Shown piece after piece: positions 7,650-16,583 of a stretch of 39,421 nt of DNA. Under the pieces are notes generated by a model. The model did not search any database. It was given only the letters and a program-made list of their open reading frames with translations, and was not told the origin of the DNA. The stretch is from a virus (lineage: Duplodnaviria > Caudoviricetes). Made by a program: the position numbers and the translations under genes. The first letter of the stretch is position 1, and each line of letters begins with the position of its first letter. The stretch is from positions 1 through 39,421 of IMG/VR virus record IMGVR_UViG_3300037207_000030. One strand, 5' to 3'.

Positions 7650-8559
7650 CGCCGGCCCAGCAGCCGCCCTGAACGTCTCCCTGCCTGACACGGCCCCGAT
7701 CACGGCCCCGCTCGACGTCGCCACGCAGACCGCGATCGGATCAGCCAGCGACGCTTTCACCGACGCGGCCACAGCCGCGATGAACGCGCCGCCACCGCCT
7801 GTGCCGCCTGGTCTGCCGCCGGGCGGCAGGCTGGCGCTCCCGCCCGGCGGCGACCGGCTCAACCCGTACGACGAAGCCGTCCGGACCGGTATCTCGTCGA
7901 TCCGCGGCGGCATGCCCGCCAACTCGCTGTCCCTGTCCCGGATCCAGGCCGCGCAGGTCGCGCTCGACCAGCTGGCCGACCGGGGCATCACCGGCTACGT
8001 CGACAAGGCCGGACGGCACTGGAATCTCGTCTCCTACGTGGAGATGGCCACCCGGACCGGTGTCGCGAACCTGTGGGACGACCTCCAGGCCAAGGCCATG
8101 ATCCGCTCCGGATACGACCTCGTGAAGGTGTACACGCACTCCACGGAGGGGACCTGCCCGGCGTGCCTGCCGTGGCTCGGCCGGACACTGTCGCTCACCG
8201 GCCACACGGCCGGATACCCGACCCTCGACGAGGCGAAGGCGGCTGGTTTCCGGCACCCGAACTGCCGGTGCGCCTGGTTCCCGCTCGGCGCAGGCGTCGC
8301 CGAAGAGGTCACCGGCGCTGTCCCGATGGATCAGGCCGCCACGGTGTACCAGGCCAGCCAGCGGCAGCGGGCCTATGAGCGGCGCGTGCGGGCCGCTGGA
8401 CGGCGCGCTCAGGCCGCTATGAGCCCGGAAGCCAGGCGGCGGGCTCGCCGCGAGCAGGCAGCGGCACGGTCAGCGTCAGCGGCTCACCGGGAAGCGACAG
8501 GCCTGCGAATGACTCAGGCCGGCTGGAAGCGCCGCGAGCATCCGTTCCGGGCACGCTGA
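7360..8559 (+). CDS. Phage minor capsid protein (Phage_min_cap2 / MuF-like)
   Basis: GGAGGGG RBS; GITGYVDKAGRHWNLVSYVEMATRT, CPACLPWLG, GFRHPNCRC, SQRQRAYERRVR motifs. Confidence 0.88.
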   Translation: MTSPLPRTPGDDREDHAQAAGAAIAAIYAQIELAIVAAVAYWTRKAAAGALPPAVANRRLYQQTAAIFAAARDRIRVTLDEAISGTLDEVRGRVQADAGPAAALNVSLPDTAPITAPLDVATQTAIGSASDAFTDAATAAMNAPPPPVPPGLPPGGRLALPPGGDRLNPYDEAVRTGISSIRGGMPANSLSLSRIQAAQVALDQLADRGITGYVDKAGRHWNLVSYVEMATRTGVANLWDDLQAKAMIRSGYDLVKVYTHSTEGTCPACLPWLGRTLSLTGHTAGYPTLDEAKAAGFRHPNCRCAWFPLGAGVAEEVTGAVPMDQAATVYQASQRQRAYERRVRAAGRRAQAAMSPEARRRARREQAAARSASAAHREATGLRMTQAGWKRREHPFRAR

Positions 8560-8767
8560 AGACGAGACCGTCTATGCGGAAATGCCCGAGCGGCGACCAT
8601 CCCTCGGCCGCTGGATCAATGCCGGGCGTTTCGGTGCCGGGCGGGGCGATGAAACCTGACGAGCAGCCGGGGTCACGGCAGGTGTCGCAGCGCATGTCTT
8701 CCTGAGTCGCGGCCGCGTTGCACACCTGGCTGTGGCGGTCGCAACGGCACCGGAGCCGATCATCCAT
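8417..8767 (-). CDS. Small Cys-rich antisense protein (possible moron)
   Basis: MDDRLRCRCDRHSQVCNAAATQEDMRCDTCRDPGC; occupies the gap after minor capsid, but the 3' part overlaps it. Confidence 0.45.
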   Translation of the reverse strand: MDDRLRCRCDRHSQVCNAAATQEDMRCDTCRDPGCSSGFIAPPGTETPGIDPAAEGWSPLGHFRIDGLVFSVPGTDARGASSRPESFAGLSLPGEPLTLTVPLPARGEPAAWLPGS

Positions 8768-8810
8768 GGCCAGCATCGTACGGGGACGCCCGGACCGGAC
8801 GGAGGCCTCC

Positions 8811-8948
8811 GTGATCTGGAGTTACCTCACGCTCGTAGCCCCGATCCTCGCCTTGCCGACCATCGCCGCGGCGCTGTACGCCCGAGCACTCCGGCGGGCG
8901 GATCAGCCGCCTGGCCGCCGCGGAATGGGCTCGCGGCACACCCTCTGA
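8811..8948 (+). CDS. Small single-TM protein
   Basis: GGAGG RBS; hydrophobic N-terminus and basic tail. Confidence 0.5.
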   Translation: MIWSYLTLVAPILALPTIAAALYARALRRADQPPGRRGMGSRHTL

Positions 8949-8950
8949 CC

Positions 8951-8982
8951 ACCCGCCCACGTGGCGGGTTTTTTCATGCCCG
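8951..8982 (+). terminator. Terminator-like hairpin + U tract + CATGCCCG
   Basis: ACCCGCC-cacgt-GGCGGGT-TTTTT-CATGCCCG. Confidence 0.75.
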
Positions 8983-9025
8983 GACCGGTCCGGGCATACC
9001 CCAACGGCTCCTGGAGGGCCCATTC

Positions 9026-10006
9026 ATGAAGCGCACCGCCCTGTCGATGCCGCCTGGCGCGATCATCGGCTACCACAAAGACGGCCGCCCCATCCGGATC
9101 GTCGCCGGCGGGTCCGGCGAAGGTGACCCGGGCGACAGCGGCATCAGCACGACTGGCCAGGACCCCGGCGCCGGAAACGGCGGCGCGGGCACCGGTCAAG
9201 CAGACAGCCAGAACACCGGCCAGAGCGGCACTGGTGGCCGCACGGACGGCGGGACCGGCTCAGGCGACAGCACCGGCACGGGACCGAACCCCGGTCCTGG
9301 TACAGGCTCCGACGACCACACTGCCCGGACTATCGCCGCGATCCGCGACGACTTCAAGGCCGAACGGGCACGCCGCCAGACCGCCGAACAGGAACTCGCC
9401 GCGGTCAAGGAAGCCCAGGCCCAGCTACAGCAGGCGCTCGCAGCCGACAAGGCCGACCGGCAGAAGCAGCTCGACGCGCTCGCGAAGGCCATGGGTCTCA
9501 AGCCCGAAGACGAACCGCCCACCCCGGAGAAGCTCGCCGCCGAACTGGCCGACGCGCGCCGCGAAGCTGAATCCGCCGCACAGGCCCGGCAGGCAGCCGA
9601 AGCGAACGCCGCTGCGGCACTGGCCCAGGCCAGGCGGGAACGGGCTCTCCTGCACGCCGCGCCTGGTCTCGACGCGAACGGGCTCGCGCTGCTCGACTCG
9701 CGGTCCTTCATGGACCGGCTGGCCGGTCTCGACCCGGCCGCGGACGACTTCAGCGGCAAGCTCGCCGACGCGATCAAGGCCGCGGTCGAATCCAACACCG
9801 GCTACAAGGCGACGCCACCGAAGCGGACCGCGCCGCCTGCTACGTCGTCCGGCGGTGAGTTCAACGGCCAGCCGGGCGGCAACCGGCAGTGGACCGACGC
9901 GGACGTCGACAAGGCCACCCCGCGCGAGATCCAGGAAGCCGCCAAGGCGGGCCTGCTCCGCGATCTCGGTGTCGGCCAGCCGCGCGTGAAGCGCGGCTAC
10001 CGCTAA
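9026..10006 (+). CDS. Head scaffolding protein
   Basis: GGAGG RBS; Gly-rich linker, long coiled coil, position directly before MCP; IGYHKDGRPIRIVAGG N-terminal motif. Confidence 0.82.
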   Translation: MKRTALSMPPGAIIGYHKDGRPIRIVAGGSGEGDPGDSGISTTGQDPGAGNGGAGTGQADSQNTGQSGTGGRTDGGTGSGDSTGTGPNPGPGTGSDDHTARTIAAIRDDFKAERARRQTAEQELAAVKEAQAQLQQALAADKADRQKQLDALAKAMGLKPEDEPPTPEKLAAELADARREAESAAQARQAAEANAAAALAQARRERALLHAAPGLDANGLALLDSRSFMDRLAGLDPAADDFSGKLADAIKAAVESNTGYKATPPKRTAPPATSSGGEFNGQPGGNRQWTDADVDKATPREIQEAAKAGLLRDLGVGQPRVKRGYR

Positions 10007-10051
10007 CCATCCCGCTTTCCCCCCGGCGGGACCCCCATCCCCACCCACCTG

Positions 10052-10088
10052 AGCCCCGCGTGACCTGCGCGGGGCTTTCGCGTACCCG
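10052..10088 (+). terminator. Hairpin + short U tract + CGCGTACCCG before major capsid gene
   Basis: AGCCCCGCG-tgacctg-CGCGGGGCT-TTCGCGTACCCG. Confidence 0.55.
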
Positions 10089-10103
10089 CCAGGGAGTGAA
10101 CGC

Positions 10104-11027
10104 ATGGCCATCAACAACTTCAAGCCGGCCGTCTGGTCGTCGATGATCCTCGGCGCGCTGGAGAAGAACCTCGTCTTCGGCGGGCCGATGGTCGTCAACG
10201 ACGACTACGAAGGCGAAATCGCAGGTCCGGGCAATGTCGTCAAGATCACCCAGTTTGGTGACCCGACGATTCAGAACTACACGCCGAACGCCTCGATCAA
10301 CTACGCGAACCTGAACGACGCCGGGCTCGACCTGGTGATCGACCAGGCGAAGTATTTCGCGTTCAAGATCGACGACGTGGACCGGCGACAGGCGGCCGGT
10401 GACATGCAGGAATACCTCGAAACGAGGGCTTCCTACAAGCTGGCCGACACGACCGACCAGTACCTCGCGTCGATGTACACCGGGGTATCGGCCGCAAACG
10501 TGCTGCCGGGCACCACGGCGACGTCCTCGTCTCTGACGTCGGGGAACTACCTGACCCCGCAGCCGTACGGCGGCACCGGCTCCCACCCTGCCGACTTCTA
10601 CACGCAGGTCATCCTGCCTCTCAAGGTCCGGCTGACCCAGAGCAACGTGCCGATGGCGGGCCGGTACTGCATCGTCCCGGCGTGGGCGGAAGCGCTGCTG
10701 GAGCAGACCCAGGCGTTCATCAGCGTCACCGACATGCAGGGCCAGCCGTCCGAGGTCTTCCAGGAGGGGTTCATCGGCCGTGTCGGCGGGTTCAACATCC
10801 TCGTCTCCAACAACGCGGTCGAGTACGACACGGTCCACGGCGCGTACGTCGTGCAGGCCGGTCACCCGATGGCGGTCACCTTCGGCGAGCAGATCGTCCA
10901 GACCGAAGCCCTGCGGCTCCAGACGTCATTCAGCGACGCGGTTCGCGGGCTCCACGTCTACGGCGGGAAGCTCGTCCGGCCCGACGCCATCGCCGTCGCC
11001 GGCGTGCAGCGCCCGACCGGTATCTGA
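10104..11027 (+). CDS. Major capsid protein (HK97 fold, P22-coat-like annotation family)
   Basis: NFKPAVWS...VNDDYEGEI..GNVVKI...IDQAKYFAFKIDDVD...FSDAVRGLHVYGGKLVRP. Confidence 0.92.
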   Translation: MAINNFKPAVWSSMILGALEKNLVFGGPMVVNDDYEGEIAGPGNVVKITQFGDPTIQNYTPNASINYANLNDAGLDLVIDQAKYFAFKIDDVDRRQAAGDMQEYLETRASYKLADTTDQYLASMYTGVSAANVLPGTTATSSSLTSGNYLTPQPYGGTGSHPADFYTQVILPLKVRLTQSNVPMAGRYCIVPAWAEALLEQTQAFISVTDMQGQPSEVFQEGFIGRVGGFNILVSNNAVEYDTVHGAYVVQAGHPMAVTFGEQIVQTEALRLQTSFSDAVRGLHVYGGKLVRPDAIAVAGVQRPTGI

Positions 11028-11091
11028 CCCAGGCCCCGCGGCCTGAGCAGGCCGGCAGGATCACCCACCCCACGGAAACGGAGACTCCCTC

Positions 11092-11529
11092 ATGGGCGCT
11101 CGTACCCCGATCGCGGCCGGGCTTGTCACCCTGGCCCCGGACTCGTTCACCAGCCAGGGCGCCGGGCAGACCCCTGACGCGGTGAACGGCAACACGCTTG
11201 CCGACCCTGGCCCGAACCACCTGATGCTCGTCGTCTCCAACGGCGACACCAGCACGCACACGATCACTGTGCGGGCGTCGGGCAGCGGCCCGGACGTCAA
11301 CGGCAACGCGCAGACGCCGCTGCCGCAGAACACCGTCTTCACCCAGTCGACCCTCGGCGACCTGGTGGTCACCATCCCGGCCGGTGGGACGTACGTGTCG
11401 CCGACGCTGACCACGGACCGGTTCACGCAGCCGGACGGGTCGCTGTCGCTGGACTGGGACGCCTCGACCAGCGTCAAGCTGTGGGCCTACCAGCTGCCGT
11501 CGAACGCTCTGGGCGGCCCGCTGCTGTGA
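11092..11529 (+). CDS. Virion protein, possible capsid decoration
   Basis: Directly after MCP; beta-rich; paralogous to 16808..17179. Confidence 0.65.
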   Translation: MGARTPIAAGLVTLAPDSFTSQGAGQTPDAVNGNTLADPGPNHLMLVVSNGDTSTHTITVRASGSGPDVNGNAQTPLPQNTVFTQSTLGDLVVTIPAGGTYVSPTLTTDRFTQPDGSLSLDWDASTSVKLWAYQLPSNALGGPLL

Positions 11530-11843
11530 GCCGCATCCACCTGCGCGGGGAGAGCGGAACGGTCGTCTACTTCGACCGTGACGCTCTCCCCGAGGGCATC
11601 GAGAAGCGCATCGAACGCGGTGACCTGACCGAATGCGCCCCGGACGGCACCGTCCCGGATCCCGCCGAGGACCTGGTGCCGGACGTGCCGCCGCCGGACG
11701 CGCCGCCGCTGCCGAAACGTGCCGCCTCGCGTGACACCTGGATCCAGTTCGCGATCTCCCAGGGCCTCCCACGGGACGAAGCGAACGCGATGACGAAGGC
11801 GAAGCTCATCGAACGGTTCACCGACATTCCGTCAGTCAGCTAA
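11526..11843 (+). CDS. Hypothetical head-region protein
   Basis: GTGA coupling; C-terminal PKRAASRDTWIQFA...MTKAKLI helical motif often seen after actinophage MCP. Confidence 0.7.
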   Translation: MSRIHLRGESGTVVYFDRDALPEGIEKRIERGDLTECAPDGTVPDPAEDLVPDVPPPDAPPLPKRAASRDTWIQFAISQGLPRDEANAMTKAKLIERFTDIPSVS

Positions 11844-11856
11844 GGGGGCGGTCGCT

Positions 11857-12603
11857 GTGGGGTCGATCCTGCTCGATCAGATCAGCCAGGTCGTGCAGGG
11901 CGGCCAGCTGACGGTCCAGGTGATGTTTGAGACGTTCGTCGGGTCCGGGTTCGAGGCTGGTGCCGGGGACGTGACCGTCGAGATCAGCGCGGCGGCGGTC
12001 CCCACGGGTGGGGAAGGTACACCGGTCCCGGTGACCAGCGAGAACGTCACCACGGTCGACGGGTCCTTCTACTCGTACGTTTTCGACTGCCCGGCTGATC
12101 AGCCGCCCGGCGACTACCTGGTCACCTGGACGGGTGTGGTCGGCGGCGCACCGCAGACGTGGACGTCGACGATCAGCGTCGAAGCGATCCCGACCGGCGC
12201 ACCTTCCCCGGGTGTGTACGCGACGGTGGCGCAGTACCGCGCCGAAACCGAAGACCAGATCACCCCCGAGATGCTGGTCCGGAAGTGGCTGCGGAAAGCG
12301 TCGAAGGTCATCGACCACGCCACCATCGGCGCGGTGTACGCGCACACCCCGAACGGGATGCCCACCGATGGCATCGTCATCCAGGCGTTCATGCAGGCCA
12401 CGTGCGCGCAAGCCGAGTTCATGATCGCGGACAACGACCCGACTGGCGTCAAGCGCCAGTATCAGTCGACGTCGATGGGGGGCGTCAGCCTCACCCGCGC
12501 GCAGGGCACAACGGGGCTGGTGTTCCCGCCGCTCGCGCCCGAGGCCGCGATGATCCTCCACACCGCCGGCGTGCTCGGCGTCGCCGTGCTCATCGACTGG
12601 TAG
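11857..12603 (+). CDS. Head-to-tail adaptor with N-terminal Ig-like extension
   Basis: C-half YATVAQY...LRKASKVID...QATCAQAEF...SMGGVSLTR...LAPEAAMIL is adaptor-like; N-half beta-rich. Confidence 0.72.
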   Translation: MGSILLDQISQVVQGGQLTVQVMFETFVGSGFEAGAGDVTVEISAAAVPTGGEGTPVPVTSENVTTVDGSFYSYVFDCPADQPPGDYLVTWTGVVGGAPQTWTSTISVEAIPTGAPSPGVYATVAQYRAETEDQITPEMLVRKWLRKASKVIDHATIGAVYAHTPNGMPTDGIVIQAFMQATCAQAEFMIADNDPTGVKRQYQSTSMGGVSLTRAQGTTGLVFPPLAPEAAMILHTAGVLGVAVLIDW

Positions 12604-12614
12604 CGGAGGCGAGC

Positions 12615-12851
12615 ATGGCGCAGGTGTTCGGCTGCGAGGTCGGGGACATCGCCCCCGAGGACGGCACGCCCGTCGAGGTGCTGTGCATCGTCAAGGTCCT
12701 GAAACCCGAAGGTGACTCTTCCGGCGGCGGATTCCCGTACCGGCTTGTCATTCGGTCGACGCCAATCGCCACGTGGGAAGCGCACGGCATGGCGGCATTC
12801 GTGCAGGAGGTCGCATTCGCCGATGACCTGTACGAACGGGACGACGGGTGA
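12615..12851 (+). CDS. Hypothetical protein
   Basis: GGAGG RBS; fills the gap in the neck module. Confidence 0.6.
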   Translation: MAQVFGCEVGDIAPEDGTPVEVLCIVKVLKPEGDSSGGGFPYRLVIRSTPIATWEAHGMAAFVQEVAFADDLYERDDG

Positions 12852-12857
12852 CCCGTC

Positions 12858-13208
12858 GTGATGGAGATCGCGAACACCATGCTCACCGTGATGCGGGGCC
12901 GGGAGGCCAACGCCTACGGCGACCTGACCGACGTCGGTAAGAAGCTCTACACCGGCATCCCCGCCGCGGCCGTCGAGTCAAGCAAACAGGTCTGGGATCC
13001 GGCCACGCAGACACCGCGAACAGTCCGGACGTCAAAATGTGTGGTGCCCGACTGGGCGGACATCCTGACCAGCGACACCCTCATGGACGAGCGGACCGGC
13101 AACTACTACATGATCATCGACATTCAGGTTCAGCCGACGCTCGGCACACCACCGGACAAGATCCTCACCCTACGGTGGCGCAGCGGCGTCACCCCCGGCA
13201 GCGACTAG
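12858..13208 (+). CDS. Head-to-tail stopper (head closure) protein
   Basis: Size, position and beta-strand pattern (NAYGD..., TSDTLMDERTGNYYMI). Confidence 0.65.
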   Translation: MMEIANTMLTVMRGREANAYGDLTDVGKKLYTGIPAAAVESSKQVWDPATQTPRTVRTSKCVVPDWADILTSDTLMDERTGNYYMIIDIQVQPTLGTPPDKILTLRWRSGVTPGSD

Positions 13209-13221
13209 CGGAGGTGGCCAG

Positions 13222-13554
13222 ATGGCACGGATCGAGATGGACCCTGACGCCGGCGCACAGGTCATGGCCGCCTGGCACGAGTTCGCCGATAGCCGGCTCG
13301 GCCCGGACATTGCGGGAGACGCCCGCCGGTACGCGCCGAAACGGTCTGGGTCGCTGGCCGGGTCAGTGGAGCATCACATGGAAGGCGACGACCTGATCGT
13401 CTCGGCGACCGGCGGCGACGACGGCCGCACCTACGCGGCCTACGTCGAGCTAGGGCACAGGGTCTTCCACCCGTCCACGGGCGTCACCGGACCCGAGGTC
13501 GTGCAGCCTGAGCCGTTCCTCCGGCCTGCCCTCTATCAGGAACGCGGCGACTAA
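13222..13554 (+). CDS. HK97 gp10-like neck/tail-completion protein
   Basis: ARRYAPKRSGSLAGSV...YAAYVELG...PEPFLRPAL motif. Confidence 0.85.
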   Translation: MARIEMDPDAGAQVMAAWHEFADSRLGPDIAGDARRYAPKRSGSLAGSVEHHMEGDDLIVSATGGDDGRTYAAYVELGHRVFHPSTGVTGPEVVQPEPFLRPALYQERGD

Positions 13555-13631
13555 CAGCCCCCCGCCCAGCCGCGAACACCAAGCCCCTCACCCGGCGGCA
13601 ACCATCCAGACGACCACCGGGCGCGCACCGC

Positions 13632-14678
13632 TCAGCACCTGCACCGGCTGATCACCGACACCGTGTTACCGGACACGTTGGTCACGTAGGCCGTGTGGGT
13701 AACGGGGGCCACCGCCACCCCGTACGGAGATGTGCCCACGGGGACGGTGGCCGTTACTGTGCCGGTGGCCCCGTCGATGACCGACACCGTGCCAGCGTCT
13801 CTGTTGGCCACGTAGACAGTGCGGGCAGCGGGATCCACCGCCACCCCGGTCGGGTAGCGGCCCACCGGGATGGTGCGGGTCACGGTGCCGGTGGCCGCAT
13901 CGATCACCGACACTGTGTTATCGCCGGAGTTGGCCACGTATACGGTGCCGGCCGCGGAATCCACCGCCACCCCGTACGGGAATGAGCCCACCGGGATGAC
14001 ACGGGTCACGGTGCCGGTGGCCGCATCGATCACCCACACCGTGCCAGCGAAATAGTCGGCCGCGTAGACGGCGCCGGCCGCGGGATCCACCGCCACCGCC
14101 ACCGGGCCGCCGCCCACGCGGATGGTGCCGGTCACGGTGCCGGTGGCCGCATCGATCACCGACACCCCGCCTCCGAAGTTGGCCACATAGACAGTGCGGG
14201 TGACGGGATCCACCGCCACCCCCATCGGGTCGGAGCCCACGGGGATGGTGCCGGTCACGGTGCCGGTAGCCGCATCGATCACCGATACCGTGCCATCGCT
14301 TTCGTTGGCCACGTAGAGGGTACGGGCCGCGGGATCCACCGCCAGCGCATCCGAGCCATGGCCCACGGGGATCGTGCCGGTCACGGTGCCGGTGGCCGCA
14401 TCGATCACCGACACCGTGCTATCGCTGGGATCGCTGTGGCCATCGCCTAGGTTGGCCACGTAGACGGTGCGGGCAGCGGAATCCACCGCCACCCCGGACG
14501 GTCCGTCACCCACGGGGATGGTGCGGGTCACCCGGTAACGAACCACCGCCGGAGCATGCGCCGCCGTCACCAGCGGCATCCCCCCCACCACCACCGCCAC
14601 CACAACAGCGCACCACCCACGCGCGCGCAACCACCCACCCAGCCCAGTGGCACCGCGAACGCCCCCCCGTGCACGCAT
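13632..14678 (-). CDS. Exported YVTN/YncE-type 7-bladed beta-propeller protein, copy 1
   Basis: GGGGAGAGG RBS before ATG at 14678; basic + hydrophobic N-terminus ending AHA; seven IPVG..P.GVAVD....VYVAN...TVSVIDAATG repeats. Confidence 0.9.
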   Translation of the reverse strand: MRARGGVRGATGLGGWLRARGWCAVVVAVVVGGMPLVTAAHAPAVVRYRVTRTIPVGDGPSGVAVDSAARTVYVANLGDGHSDPSDSTVSVIDAATGTVTGTIPVGHGSDALAVDPAARTLYVANESDGTVSVIDAATGTVTGTIPVGSDPMGVAVDPVTRTVYVANFGGGVSVIDAATGTVTGTIRVGGGPVAVAVDPAAGAVYAADYFAGTVWVIDAATGTVTRVIPVGSFPYGVAVDSAAGTVYVANSGDNTVSVIDAATGTVTRTIPVGRYPTGVAVDPAARTVYVANRDAGTVSVIDGATGTVTATVPVGTSPYGVAVAPVTHTAYVTNVSGNTVSVISRCRC

Positions 14679-14869
14679 AACCTCTCCCCCTGGTCCCCTT
14701 GGCCCTCGTCCCGGCGGAAACGGCCAGGCCCCGCCCGCACACCATCCTCCACTCAAGCAATCAGATATTACTTTACGTAATCAGACGACCCCCCCACCCC
14801 AGCCGCCGGACACCAAGCCCTTCCACCCGGGCGGCACCCATCCAGATGACCACCGGACCTCACCGCTGA

Positions 14870-15913
14870 TCACATAGACGGGCTGATCACCGACACCGAG
14901 TTACTGAGCAAGTTGGTCACGTAGACCGTGTGGGTACAGGGATCCACCGCCACCCCGTCCGGCAATGAGCCCACCGGGATGGTCCCGGTCACGGTGCCGG
15001 TGGCCGCATCGATCACCGACACGGCGTGATCGCCGGCGACGGCCACGTAGACGGCGCGGGCGGCGGAATCCACCGCCACCGCCTCCGGGTCAGGGCCCAC
15101 GAGGATGGTGCGGGTCACCGTGCCGGTAGCCGCATCGATCACCGACACCGTGCCATCGCTGGAGTTGGGCACGTAGACGGTGCGGGCCGCGGAATCCACT
15201 GCCACCGCGGCCGGGAAGTGGCCCACGAGGATGGTGCGGGTCACGGTGCCGGTAGCCGCATCGATCACCGACACCGTGCCATCGCTCAGGCCGGCGTCGT
15301 CGTGGGCCACGTAGATGGTGCGGGCCACGGGGTCCACTGCCACCGCGGCCGGGCTGCCGCCCACGGGGATGGTGCGGGTCACGGTGCCGGTAGCCGCATC
15401 GATCACCGACACCGTGCCGTCGGTGTTGGCCACGTAGACGGTGCGGGCCGCGGGATCCACCGCCACCGCCACTGGGTCGGAGCCCACGGGGATTGTGCGG
15501 GTCACGGTGCCGGTGGCCTCATCGATCACCGATACCGTGCCAGCCAAATAGTTGGCCACGTAGACGTTGCTGGCAACGGGATCCACCGCCACGCTCATCG
15601 AGTCGATGCCCACGCGGATGGTGCGGGTCACGGTGCCGGTAGCCGCATCGATCACCGACACCGTGCCATCGCTCCAGCTATCGCCGTCGTTGGCCACGTA
15701 GACGGCGCGGGCTGCGGGATCCACCGCCACCCCCCGCGGGTATGAGCCCACGGGGATGGTGCGGGTCACCCGGTAACGAACCGCCGCCGGAGCATGCGCC
15801 GCCGTCACCAGCGGCATCCCCACCACCACCGCCACCAGGCCGGCGCACCATCCGCGCGCGGACAACCACCCACCCAGCCCAGCAGCACCGCGAACGCCTC
15901 CCCGCACACGCAT
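14870..15913 (-). CDS. Exported YVTN/YncE-type 7-bladed beta-propeller protein, copy 2
   Basis: Same RBS, leader and seven-repeat architecture as copy 1; ATG at 15913. Confidence 0.9.
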   Translation of the reverse strand: MRVRGGVRGAAGLGGWLSARGWCAGLVAVVVGMPLVTAAHAPAAVRYRVTRTIPVGSYPRGVAVDPAARAVYVANDGDSWSDGTVSVIDAATGTVTRTIRVGIDSMSVAVDPVASNVYVANYLAGTVSVIDEATGTVTRTIPVGSDPVAVAVDPAARTVYVANTDGTVSVIDAATGTVTRTIPVGGSPAAVAVDPVARTIYVAHDDAGLSDGTVSVIDAATGTVTRTILVGHFPAAVAVDSAARTVYVPNSSDGTVSVIDAATGTVTRTILVGPDPEAVAVDSAARAVYVAVAGDHAVSVIDAATGTVTGTIPVGSLPDGVAVDPCTHTVYVTNLLSNSVSVISPSM

Positions 15914-16068
15914 AACCTCTCCCCCCATGGGCCATGGCCCCTCGTCCCGGCGGAAATGGCCAGGCCCCGCCCACACACCATCCCACTCAAAGCAACCAGA
16001 TATTACTTTACGTAATCGAAACGTGGGAACCGCATTCGCGCCCCCTTGAACCCCGGGGGTGAGCACCG

Positions 16069-16566
16069 GTGACACCTCCGCTACCCCTCGATAACGACGA
16101 CGAGCTGGTGACTGCCGCGTGGATCGCCACCATCCCCGGTTTCACTGCGGAGATGACCGGCGCGCAGCTGCCGCCCGACACCGACGAGCACGGCAAACCA
16201 GCGGCGTGGCTCCGGACGGGGTTCGTGACCGTCGCCTCGGTGGGCGGCACGCCGGACGACATGCTGCCGGTCAACCGGCCTGTGATGGAAGTGAAGTGCT
16301 GGGCCGCGGTGCCCGGAAGCGACGACCCGCCCTGGCTGATGGCCCGCGCGCTCGCGTCCGCGATCCAGCGGGCCGTCTGGCAGCGGAAGGGCGTCAACCG
16401 GCTGCTGACCATCAACGTCAACGGCCGCGCTTATCCGCCTGCAGTCGTGCAGGGCGCCTACATGGCGCAGACGTTCCGCCGTATCTACGCCGACCCCGGC
16501 GACTATGCCTGCTACCAGGCCGACATGGGCCTGACCTGGATCACCGTGGGCGACCGCATCCCGTAG
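16069..16566 (+). CDS. Tail terminator protein
   Basis: Position after gp10-like gene; FVTVASVGG...RPVMEVKCWA...ARALASAI pattern. Confidence 0.75.
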   Translation: MTPPLPLDNDDELVTAAWIATIPGFTAEMTGAQLPPDTDEHGKPAAWLRTGFVTVASVGGTPDDMLPVNRPVMEVKCWAAVPGSDDPPWLMARALASAIQRAVWQRKGVNRLLTINVNGRAYPPAVVQGAYMAQTFRRIYADPGDYACYQADMGLTWITVGDRIP

Positions 16567-16583
16567 CACGAAGGAGGACAGGA

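Larger units (their letters stand above)
13555..16017. repeat. Tandem diverged duplication of a ~1.23 kb cassette (unit 1 ~13555-14782, unit 2 ~14783-16017)
   Basis: Homologous downstream flanks (CCCAGCCGC..ACACCAAGCCC..ACCCGG.CGGCA.CCATCCAGA.GACCACCGG) and upstream flanks, with identical CAGATATTACTTTACGTAATC at 14762-14782 and 15997-16017. Confidence 0.92.

Noticed and set aside
13548-14869. Integron attC-type cassette sites
   Set aside because: GACTAAC does not fit RYYYAAC, no matching GTTRRRY or attC hairpin was found, and there is no integrase in the window
13632-15913. CRISPR-like pattern of ~30-bp repeats with variable spacers
   Set aside because: Repeats are in-frame parts of ~126-bp coding blades of open YVTN genes; spacers are homologous to each other; no cas genes
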